The notes under the pieces: generated by a model | Seen by the model: the letters and a program-made list of their open reading frames with translations, nothing else | Databases searched by the model: none | Told to the model about the DNA's origin: nothing | Source: Candidatus Bathyarchaeia archaeon | GTDB taxonomy: Archaea > Thermoproteota > Bathyarchaeia > TCS64 | Reading direction: 5' to 3' | Assembly: GCA_050014495.1 (NCBI GenBank) | Contig: JBEKDF010000032.1 | Coordinates: 1-31,824, forward strand | DNA length: 31,824 nucleotides | Shown here: piece by piece, positions 19,289-27,212 of the stretch | How positions within the stretch are numbered: the first letter of the stretch is position 1 | Layout of the letters: each line of letters opens with the position of its first letter | Made by a program: the position numbers and the translations under genes

Positions 19289-19807
19289 TCACTCGATTAG
19301 TATTAGTCCAAAATAACTTCCTTGGCTTTCTTTGTTATTCAAGACATTGATGCTGAAACCATTTCCCCTCACAGTTTCATAAACATCAATTCCAGCCCCC
19401 TCCATGGAAGGTCTAGCCTGTTCGGCATGAACACAGGTTTTCAAGTTACATTTTTCGCACAATCCACAGCCACCTCCCTTAAAGCTGAAGGCTTTATATT
19501 TTCCGTCTAGAAATAGGGCTTTCTCTATTTCTGGGGCAATTTTTTTTGCATCAGTTAATGATTTGAACTTGACTAATAACGCGTGGCTGTATTCGTTGAT
19601 GGCTTTCTGGGTCTCATCGGCTGTGGGTGTGAAGGGTGGGCAGCAGAGGTTTGTTCCGTAGTTGCTGCAACCATATTGGCATCGTAATCTAGTCCAGGCC
19701 GCGGTTTTTATTGATGAGGTGGGAATTATCTTCGCTTCTACTGCTCCTTTATCAAGAGCGAGTTTGGTGTAATCGGAGTATTGTTTTTTGTCAGTTATGG
19801 TTGCCAT
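19289..19807 (-). CDS. DUF2284 predicted metal-binding protein
   Basis: RLRCQYGCSNYGTNLCCPP, GGGCGLCEKC, ARPSMEGAGIDVYETV. Confidence 0.85.
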   Translation of the reverse strand: MATITDKKQYSDYTKLALDKGAVEAKIIPTSSIKTAAWTRLRCQYGCSNYGTNLCCPPFTPTADETQKAINEYSHALLVKFKSLTDAKKIAPEIEKALFLDGKYKAFSFKGGGCGLCEKCNLKTCVHAEQARPSMEGAGIDVYETVRGNGFSINVLNNKESQGSYFGLILIE

Positions 19808-19863
19808 GGTTCTAGTCAATTTTACTTGATTTAAAGTCTTTTTTTCGGAGTCTGGTGTGCGCA

Positions 19864-19960
19864 CCTCATCTTACGTGCAATAGCCTTATCCTCACTTCCA
19901 CCTGATCCTCGAAAATTTAACCCAAATTGAATTTGGCATAAGCCTCATCCTAGTGTGCAA
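19864..19960 (+). repeat. Cluster of the dispersed motif, including the 26-bp copy at 19880-19905
   Basis: CCTCATCTTACGTGCA, ATAGCCTTATCCTCACTTCCACCTGA and CATAAGCCTCATCCTAGTGTGCA (19937-19959) in direct orientation. Confidence 0.8.
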
Positions 19961-20089
19961 TAACGATTCAGAGCATCGATAAGAATCACCGTGAGGAGAT
20001 TGGAGACGCCCTCGCATCAGTTTAAATCGATACGACTTTGCATGTGCAACGTTCTATTAGATTCGGATAGGCTATTCAAAAATATACAT

Positions 20090-20106
20090 ATTTAAATTCA
20101 TTAAAT
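20090..20106. promoter_or_regulatory. Putative ArsR operator upstream of arsR
   Basis: ATTTAA-ATTCA-TTAAAT inverted repeat; the 15-mer ATTTAAATTCATTAA recurs at 21013-21027. Confidence 0.6.
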
Positions 20107-20122
20107 GCATTATGTGATCAAT

Positions 20123-20503
20123 ATGACTAAGACCGAGGCGACGCTTGAGAATCTAGCCTCCCGCGGGAAGTTTAACTGCCTCAACGTGAAAGACTACGCG
20201 GAGCAGCTCAGACAATTGGCTGAGCAGAAAGCCGACAAAGGGGACGCGAAGAAGAGGGGTAGATTCTTCAAGGCACTCGGTGACGAGACCCGGCAGAGGA
20301 TCCTTGGCCTCCTCATGGACAGGGAGATGTGCGTCTGCGAGATGATGACTGCCCTCAACATGACTCAGCCAACATCCAGCCACCACCTGAAGATCCTGGA
20401 AGATGGCGGCTTGATCCAGGGCAATAAAGATGGAAGGTGGGTATTCTACAGTATCCGAGATAGGCAGCGGGTATCCGTGCTTATCGACGCTGCGGTTGAG
20501 TGA
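20123..20503 (+). CDS. arsR: ArsR/SmtB metalloregulator
   Basis: FKALGDETRQRIL, EMCVCEM alpha3 Cys motif, SHHLKIL, GRWVFY. Confidence 0.9.
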   Translation: MTKTEATLENLASRGKFNCLNVKDYAEQLRQLAEQKADKGDAKKRGRFFKALGDETRQRILGLLMDREMCVCEMMTALNMTQPTSSHHLKILEDGGLIQGNKDGRWVFYSIRDRQRVSVLIDAAVE

Positions 20504-20507
20504 CCAA

Positions 20508-20915
20508 TCAAGTTGATGGTGGCGCCTCGTTAAGCTCGACTATCAGGGCTTTGACTCTTCGTAGGATCTCGTCTCTGATTAATCTAACCTCATCAATTAG
20601 CTTCCCATGCGGATCATCAACCTGCCATTCCCTGAGATCATTCGGAACAACGGGACACGCCTCCTCCCCACACCCCATCGTGATTGCTAGGTCAGCATCG
20701 AGAACCATCTCCTTGGTCAGCTTCTTCGGCTTATTGCCACTGATATCGATCCCAACCTCATGCATCGCCTCCACAACTACTGGGTTAACGACCTCTGCAG
20801 GCTTGCTTCCGGCGTTTATTCCCCTATGGCGCCCCCCAGACAGCTTATTGAAGAACGCCTCAGTCATCTGGCTCCGGCCAGCGTTATGAACGCAGATGAA
20901 TAGTACGGTGACCAT
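20508..20915 (-). CDS. arsC: Arsenate reductase, LMW-PTP / thioredoxin-coupled type
   Basis: LFICVHNAGRSQM P-loop; TMGCGEEACP; DDPHG; next to arsR. Confidence 0.88.
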   Translation of the reverse strand: MVTVLFICVHNAGRSQMTEAFFNKLSGGRHRGINAGSKPAEVVNPVVVEAMHEVGIDISGNKPKKLTKEMVLDADLAITMGCGEEACPVVPNDLREWQVDDPHGKLIDEVRLIRDEILRRVKALIVELNEAPPST

Positions 20916-21012
20916 AATTTAGGGAGTAGAAGCGGCTTTGAAATACTTTTCAAGTAACTGGGGTGGACCGCTAGCGTGCACAAAAAATATCAGGAAAATA
21001 ATATATCATAAC

Positions 21013-21027
21013 ATTTAAATTCATTAA
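21013..21027. promoter_or_regulatory. Putative ArsR operator upstream of the HMA/ATPase operon
   Basis: Identical 15-mer to 20090-20104. Confidence 0.6.
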
Positions 21028-21038
21028 TATGGTATGTC

Positions 21039-21305
21039 TTGGTGAAACCGATGAATATTGAGAAAGTCATCCTGAATGCTTCAAAAACAGACTGCATTGG
21101 ATGCAGCACATGTGCTGTTTTTAAAGCAGACAACCTCCAACACGCAATAGCTAGGTTAAACGGAGTCTCAAAAGTTAAAGTTGACGAAATAACCGGTAAG
21201 GTCACAATAGAATACGATAAACAAAAAATCATTCTATCCAAGATCACTGAACGCATTGGAAAGTTAGGCTACCAAGTTGAGATAGTATCAGAGGAAGAAA
21301 TCTAA
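21039..21305 (+). CDS. Heavy-metal-associated (HMA) domain metallochaperone
   Basis: DCIGCSTC, then L.GV..V.VD..TGKVTIEYD...I.KLGY; coupled to the ATPase. Start may be 21051. Confidence 0.8.
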   Translation: MVKPMNIEKVILNASKTDCIGCSTCAVFKADNLQHAIARLNGVSKVKVDEITGKVTIEYDKQKIILSKITERIGKLGYQVEIVSEEEI

Positions 21306-23224
21306 TGAGAGAGCATGTCAAAGGCATTATTTTGGTAATTTTACTTGGGCTATTCGCTTTAGCAGGGGCATTAATATCTGGGATTCAAGTTGCTTACGCG
21401 CATGAAATTAGTATTGCTTTGACGCTTGTCGCCGTTGCATTAGGCTACCGCATCTATTTGCATGGCATTCGATCGCTGATGCATGGAAACGTTACCGCCC
21501 AATTGTTTGCAACTATCGCCATCTTTATTTCCGTAATAGCTGGTTTCGTCCTACCTTCAGCATCAGCCACTGGTACAACAGAAGCAGTTGGTTACCTCAC
21601 TGCATCAGCAATAGTAGCGTTCATAATACTCGCAGGTATGACGCTTGAAGACTATATCATCCATAGAACGAGAGGTGCGCTTGAGAAGCTCATTAAGATG
21701 AGCCCAACCACAGCTCGCATACGTCGAGACGGTGCAGAAGTTGAGGTACCCATAGACGAGGTCAAGTTGGGCGAAGTCGTCTTGGTCAAACCGGGCGATA
21801 AAATACCCGTTGATGGAACAGTAATTTCCGGACACAGCACCGTCAACCAGGCAACGATAACGGGTGAATCAATTCCTATAGAAAAGACAGCGGGGGACCA
21901 CACATTTGCTGGCACACTAAATGAACAGGGAGCATTGGAAATTAAAGTTGAAAAGATAGCTGAGGACACTACGCTCGCTCACCTCATTCAACTAGTCGAA
22001 GAGGCTCAAGAGAAAAAAGCACCCATACAGAACGTTGCAGATCGGTTCACCACTTACTTCTTGCCAATCATGGCTGTTTTGGCATCTTCTGTCTTTGCGA
22101 TCAGTTATTTCACATTTGGTTTTGAGGTGGCACTAGCTAGAACTGTAACTGTTCTCTTAGTCGCATGCCCTTGCGCTCTTTCAATAGCTGTTCCCGTCGC
22201 TGTTGCCGCAACAATCGGTAATGCTAGCATGAACGGCATAATAATCAAGGGCGGTACACACATCGAAAAGCTAAAAGACGTTAAGCTGGTCGCATTCGAC
22301 AAAACTGGAACGTTAACCGTCGGCGAACCCAAGGTTGTTGAGATCAAAACCTTCGGTAATTACTCTGAGGCGGATACTATCAAGTATGCGGCAATTGCTG
22401 AGAAATTCTCAGAGCATCCCCTATCCAAAGCCATCATCGCCAAGGCAACTGAGATGAGCATGAAAATCCCTGACCCCACAGACTTCAAAACTATTCCTGG
22501 ACACGGCGTGGATGCCCATTACGGAGACGAGCATATCCTGATTGGAAGAAAGATGATGGAAACGGAGATTTCAGAAGAAGCGAATCTGTTGATGAGTCGG
22601 GTTGAAAGTGAGGGGAAAACAGCTATTCCCGTAGCACTAGACAAAAATATTATCGGTATAGTCGTTGTGGCTGACACAGTCAGGGAAAATTCTTTGGAAG
22701 CTATTCAGAGGCTTAGGCGTTTAGGAGTCAAAACTGTTATGATAACTGGCGACAATGTGCGGACTGCCAAATCTATTGCTGAACAGATCGGGGTTGATGA
22801 GTACCTTGCTGAGCTTTTACCTGAACAGAAAGTTACGGTCATTGGAGAACTGAAAAAGGGCAATGTTGTTGCGATGGTTGGCGACGGTGTGAATGATGCT
22901 CCTGCGTTGGCTAATTCGGATGTTGGGTTTGCGATGGGTGCTGCTGGCAGCGATGTAGCGATTGAGACTGCTGACGTGGCTCTGCTTGGGGATGACTTGA
23001 CTAAGGTTGAGTATGCGATTAGTCTGAGTCGGAAGGCGTTTGGCAGAATGAAGGGGAACATAGCTTATGCTTTTGTTTGGAACATAGTCGCATTGAGTTT
23101 AGCCGCATTTGGTATCTTAAACCCAGTCCTAGCTGTTGTTCTTGCGGAAGCTGGATGCATATCAGTGGTAATCAATTCCTCGTTACTGTTGCTGAGTAAG
23201 CCAAAGCCATTTGCTAAGATTTGA
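21305..23224 (+). CDS. P1B-type heavy-metal translocating ATPase
   Basis: TGES, ACPCAL, DKTGTLT, SEHP, TGDN, GDGVNDAPALA. Confidence 0.95.
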   Translation: MREHVKGIILVILLGLFALAGALISGIQVAYAHEISIALTLVAVALGYRIYLHGIRSLMHGNVTAQLFATIAIFISVIAGFVLPSASATGTTEAVGYLTASAIVAFIILAGMTLEDYIIHRTRGALEKLIKMSPTTARIRRDGAEVEVPIDEVKLGEVVLVKPGDKIPVDGTVISGHSTVNQATITGESIPIEKTAGDHTFAGTLNEQGALEIKVEKIAEDTTLAHLIQLVEEAQEKKAPIQNVADRFTTYFLPIMAVLASSVFAISYFTFGFEVALARTVTVLLVACPCALSIAVPVAVAATIGNASMNGIIIKGGTHIEKLKDVKLVAFDKTGTLTVGEPKVVEIKTFGNYSEADTIKYAAIAEKFSEHPLSKAIIAKATEMSMKIPDPTDFKTIPGHGVDAHYGDEHILIGRKMMETEISEEANLLMSRVESEGKTAIPVALDKNIIGIVVVADTVRENSLEAIQRLRRLGVKTVMITGDNVRTAKSIAEQIGVDEYLAELLPEQKVTVIGELKKGNVVAMVGDGVNDAPALANSDVGFAMGAAGSDVAIETADVALLGDDLTKVEYAISLSRKAFGRMKGNIAYAFVWNIVALSLAAFGILNPVLAVVLAEAGCISVVINSSLLLLSKPKPFAKI

Positions 23225-23239
23225 TGGAGAGTAAGTGAA

Positions 23240-23686
23240 ATGGAAGAGTACACCTACCAAGCTGACAAGTTCATCTTCCACGTGAGGAAGGATCGGCTCT
23301 ACTCACGTGATGAGGTCTGGGTTAAGGCGGAAGGTGATCACGTGCGTATCGGGCTAACCGACTTCGCTCAGCGAAGAGGCGGCGACATAGTCTTCGCGGA
23401 GGCCCAGCCCATTGGGACTAGGGTTGTGAGCGGTGGATTGCTGGGTAGCTACGAGAGTATCAAGTTGGTACAGGACATAATAAGCCCAATTGATGGCGAC
23501 ATCACGGAGACTAATCCACTATTCGATTCTAGTCCGGAGTTCATCAACAGTGACCCCTACGGTGAAGGTTGGGTGGCCGTCATCAAACCATCGTCAGGAA
23601 GTGAAGGCCTCCTCTCGGCGGAGGAATACTTTGAGTTGATGAAGGGTAAGGTCGACGAGGAGCTGAAGACGATCATGGGGCTATAA
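23240..23686 (+). CDS. gcvH: Glycine cleavage H-like lipoyl-carrier protein
   Basis: W.K....VRIGLTDFAQ...GDIVF, ESIK lipoyl-Lys, SPIDG, INSDPYGEGW. Confidence 0.85.
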   Translation: MEEYTYQADKFIFHVRKDRLYSRDEVWVKAEGDHVRIGLTDFAQRRGGDIVFAEAQPIGTRVVSGGLLGSYESIKLVQDIISPIDGDITETNPLFDSSPEFINSDPYGEGWVAVIKPSSGSEGLLSAEEYFELMKGKVDEELKTIMGL

Positions 23687-23689
23687 GCC

Positions 23690-24094
23690 TTGAAGAAACC
23701 TATACTTATTCTACCATGCAGCGGCATCGGGAAGCCCTTCGGCTCCATCGCACGTGACGCCACATTCCGCGTCTGCGATGAACTCCGACTAGGTAAGGCG
23801 GATACACTATGCCTCTCGCTCCTCGTCATGGGCGACGAGGAAGCCAGAAACAGAGTCGCCTCCAGTCAGTGCATCGTGGTAGATGGTTGTCCAATGGCGT
23901 GCTCCAGGAATAATGTTGATCGCAGCGCGGGGAATATTGTCACTGAGTTCAAGGTCATGGATCTGCTCAGGGAGAACCGGGGCTTTAAGCCCAGGGAGGT
24001 TACATTCCTCGACGAAGACGGAGAAAAACTGTCCAAGATACTTGCGGATAAGATTGCTGCGAAAATAGACGAGCTGATGGAGGAGTCTGAGTGA
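23690..24094 (+). CDS. DGC domain putative zinc-binding protein
   Basis: PCSG, LCL, VVDGCPMAC. Confidence 0.85.
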   Translation: MKKPILILPCSGIGKPFGSIARDATFRVCDELRLGKADTLCLSLLVMGDEEARNRVASSQCIVVDGCPMACSRNNVDRSAGNIVTEFKVMDLLRENRGFKPREVTFLDEDGEKLSKILADKIAAKIDELMEESE

Positions 24095-24498
24095 AGATAA
24101 AGCCAAAGGTAGGAGTCGTGTCCTGTAGCGGCGAGTGCTGTAGCCTAGGCACATTAAGCAGGGTGGCGACGCGCTTCGTGCTGGAGGATCTCCGATATGA
24201 CCAGACAGTCACCATATGTCTCCCCCTATTCCTAGCGGGTGAGACTCAGGAGCATGGCTTCGCCAAGGAGCATCCTACGATTGCTGTGGATGGCTGTGGG
24301 AAGCTCTGCGCGAAGAAGGCGATCACTAAGTATAGCAATAAGCCTGCTGCAGGAGTCGATGTCGAGGCGCTGCTGAAGGAGTGGGGCGTTGATCCACCGA
24401 AGAATAGAAGGATTCTGGATTCAGTGGAGTTGGGGGAGGCGAGGCGCTTAGCCGAGCTCTTGGCTGCTAAGGTTGATGAGATACAGGAGGCAGACTAA
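24091..24498 (+). CDS. DGC domain putative zinc-binding protein
   Basis: SCSGECC, ICL, AVDGCGKLCA; GTGA overlap with the previous gene. Confidence 0.85.
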   Translation: MKIKPKVGVVSCSGECCSLGTLSRVATRFVLEDLRYDQTVTICLPLFLAGETQEHGFAKEHPTIAVDGCGKLCAKKAITKYSNKPAAGVDVEALLKEWGVDPPKNRRILDSVELGEARRLAELLAAKVDEIQEAD

Positions 24499-24921
24499 CT
24501 GGTCACCTACAAGACCGTTACTGAGTGGAAGAGCGGTCACCTAGGTGAGGTACGACTCAGTAATGGCCCGGTGCTCCCATTCTCCGCCCCAGTATCTGCT
24601 CATGGTGTTGAAGGTGTACTCACCCCCGAAGATGCTTTCGTGGCTGCCCTGAATACTTGTTATATGTTAATGTTCATCTGGAGCGTTGAACGGCTCAAGA
24701 TAGATCTGTTGAGTTACTCATGCGAGGCTGAGGGGCATGTCGAGGAGTTCCTCGACAGGACCTCAACCTTCGACAAGGTGACGCTCAGGCCAAGGATTGT
24801 CGCGAGAGGTTGCGATGAGATTAGGGTTAGGAGAGCCTTGGAGCTGGCTGAGAAATACAGCTTGGTATGGCAATCCATTAAGGCGAATGTTACCTTGGAG
24901 CCTGATATAGTCATTGAATGA
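24499..24921 (+). CDS. OsmC/Ohr family protein, probable CTG start
   Basis: Frame is open from CTG 24499 (VTYKTVTEWKSGHLG...FSAP...TPEDAFVAALNTCY...VTLRPRI...AEKYSLVWQSI); GGAGG 8 nt upstream. Confidence 0.82.
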   Translation: MVTYKTVTEWKSGHLGEVRLSNGPVLPFSAPVSAHGVEGVLTPEDAFVAALNTCYMLMFIWSVERLKIDLLSYSCEAEGHVEEFLDRTSTFDKVTLRPRIVARGCDEIRVRRALELAEKYSLVWQSIKANVTLEPDIVIE

Positions 24922-24936
24922 GTTGGGTGATATGAT

Positions 24937-25005
24937 GTGAGCGGCATTGTGGAGATATGGGAGGCAGATCCTAGGGGTATCTCCGGGTGTGCATGCAATC
25001 CGGTA
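24937..25005 (+). pseudogene. N-terminal remnant of a Cys-containing protein paralogous to 28198-28428
   Basis: MSGIVEIWEADPRGISGCACNPV versus MKVEIWDSDPTSGCCCGPG; SD-like GGGTGA upstream; cut at tract 25006-25014. Confidence 0.65.
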
Positions 25006-25014
25006 CGCGCGCGC

Positions 25015-25259
25015 ACCTCAAAGTATACGTAGCACAGCTTCATAGAACTATAAGGAATAATGGTTCACTATTGATCATAGAAATCGAAAAATCTGATAAC
25101 ATTTTCACTAGACTTTTCTTTGAGGATATCATTGGTTTTAAAGAGCCACCGGGTTTGAGTCGGGACGAGTTAGTTAAATGTTTAGGAGATAGCGGATTCG
25201 AAAATATCGAGGTAACATGTAAATCTGGATTACTGTATTCCATATCAAAGAAAAAATGA
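25015..25259 (+). pseudogene. C-terminal remnant of a class I SAM methyltransferase
   Basis: LHRTIRNNGSLLIIE...LSRDELVKCLGDSGFENIEV is a typical methyltransferase C-terminal half; visibly AT-richer than the DNA left of the tract. Confidence 0.7.
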
Positions 25260-25274
25260 GAAATAAAAATAAGT

Positions 25275-25403
25275 TCATCCACAGCAGTTCGTGCTTACGC
25301 TTGGAATTTCCTTCTTTTTCTTGTCCTTTGAAGTATCCTGAGAGGAATCCTTTGTAGAACCTTGTGCAATACCCGAACAACCACATCCCCTTTTTTCGCT
25401 CAT
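25275..25403 (-). CDS. 42-aa Cys-rich peptide
   Basis: MSEKRGCGCSG...STNCCG*, with AT-rich promoter-like DNA upstream. Confidence 0.45.
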   Translation of the reverse strand: MSEKRGCGCSGIAQGSTKDSSQDTSKDKKKKEIPSVSTNCCG

Positions 25404-25538
25404 AGCATTATCGCCAAAAATAATTAAGAACACTAAGAATATAATCATACTTAACAAAAATTTAAACCAAAAAACGCATATAACTAAAATTATTAGGTGA
25501 GTTAAGTGAGTCCGACCTGATTACTTAAAAAAGAAAAG

Positions 25539-25973
25539 CTAACCATGGAAAATCTCGGTAGACAACGAAATAACGCTCCGAGTCTTACCGACACCCTCTA
25601 TTGAGGTAATCCTTGCCAATAGCTTAAGGAAGGCTGACGTATCTTTACAAACTACCTTCACAATCATATCCTCATCACCATCGGTATAATGAGCCTCGAT
25701 TATCTCTGACATCGTCCTTAGTGTCATAACTACATCTTCTCTGCAGCACGATGGATGATTAAGAGTTACCCCGATGAATGCTGTCAGAGTGAGTCCTAGT
25801 TTAGCATAGTCAAGGATCGGAGCGTACCCCCGTATGATCCCGTCCCCCTCCATCCGAATGATCCTATCCCTAATCGTAGGCGTTGAAAGGCCAATCTCTA
25901 AGGATATGTCCGAGTAACCTGTCCTAGCGTTCTTCTTCAGGATCTCGAGAATTTTATAATCACTTTCATCCAT
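25539..25973 (-). CDS. Lrp/AsnC family transcriptional regulator
   Basis: MDESDYKILEILKKNART...IGLSTPTIRDRI..ME..GIIRGY; RAM domain ending IEGVGKTRS. Confidence 0.92.
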   Translation of the reverse strand: MDESDYKILEILKKNARTGYSDISLEIGLSTPTIRDRIIRMEGDGIIRGYAPILDYAKLGLTLTAFIGVTLNHPSCCREDVVMTLRTMSEIIEAHYTDGDEDMIVKVVCKDTSAFLKLLARITSIEGVGKTRSVISLSTEIFHG

Positions 25974-26118
25974 GTTCTATTTTCCTTCTTTTTTTAAGTT
26001 GCCCCCCGGTGAAACAACTACTCTCCTAATATTTTACAGATATTTACCTTTTATCATTAATATTTTAATGAATATAGATATAACTCCTAATTATCTTAAT
26101 CTGCGACAGGTGTACGGT

Positions 26119-27051
26119 TTGGTGGAGGGTTGGACCCTATTCGGAATCTTCCTGCTTGGAATACTCGCTGTGATACTGTTAACCTCGAAGGCCAAGGTGC
26201 ATCCGTTCCTGGCCATGTTTACGGTATCAATTGTTGTCGGCCTCGTCGCAGGCATTTCTCCCGCGAAGATGACTGATGTCATCATCTCGGGTTTCAGTAG
26301 TTTCATGGGTTATATTGCCATCATCATCGTGTCTGCGACTATCATTGGGGAGCTTATGGAAAAGACCGGGGCAACCATCGTAATATCGAAGGCTCTCCTG
26401 AGCCTCGTTGGGAGAAATAGGTCACCGGTTGCAGTAGGGCTCGCGGGTTTCATTGTGTCTATCCCGGTGATATGCTGTGACACCGCCTTCCTGGTTCTCT
26501 CACCGCTTGCCCGCGCCCTCTCAAAGGGCAGCGGATTCAGTCTTAGACTCTATAGCCTTGCCCTTGCAGCAGGCGCCCTCACCGGTTTTAAGCTGATCTT
26601 CCCCTCTGGCCCCCTGTTCCCTGCTACAATGTTTGGCGCCGATGTCACAAAGGTACTCATTTTGGGAGCAGCGGCATCGATCCCTGTACTGGCAGTTGGT
26701 CTGCTCTTTTCATACAGGTTCGGGGGAAGCAATGATGTAAAAGATGATGAAGAGATAGTGAGTTTTGAAGAACTAGCTAAGAGCTATGGTAAACTGCCTG
26801 GTATCGTGGCATCGTTTAGTGTACTCCTCGTCCCCATTATCCTGATTGTTAGCCGTTCGATATTCGACAATCTACTCGAATCATCCAACTCGATTCGCAT
26901 CGTCTTTGATCTTATTGGTCATCCAGTTCTAGCATTGCCGATTGGAATTGGAATAGCATTGTTATTGGCCAAGGATAAGCCCCGGGATGATGTAAACAAC
27001 TGGATCACAGGCGGTATACAAAGGGCAGCCACCATCTTAGTCATCGTAGGT
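26119..27051 (+). pseudogene. GntP-family permease, C-terminally truncated
   Basis: KVHPFLAM, IIGELMEKTGA, GFIVSIPVICCDTAF, IGHPVLAL. Homology stops at ILVIVGA, where tract 27052-27061 starts. Start position approximate. Confidence 0.8.
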
Positions 27052-27212
27052 GCGCGCGCGCAACTGGGTACAGGACAATTACCCTCATGAGCATATTACT
27101 AGGAATAACTGCACTCGCAGCAATCGTTATTGTTGCACCTTTAATCGGAGCTTAGAACCATGCAAAAACAATTTCAAGGAGCAAACACTGAGCAATCCCC
27201 CGAGGGAGTTTC

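Noticed and set aside
279..19960. CRISPR array built from the 26-bp repeat
   Set aside because: Copies are kilobases apart, in mixed orientation and without regular spacers.
24987..25259. 90-aa ORF as an intact gene
   Set aside because: A chimera across the tract; it lacks the SAM-binding N-terminal half.
25972..26118. N-terminal extension of the GntP ORF
   Set aside because: AT-rich divergent promoter region between lrp and the permease; family similarity starts near 26119.
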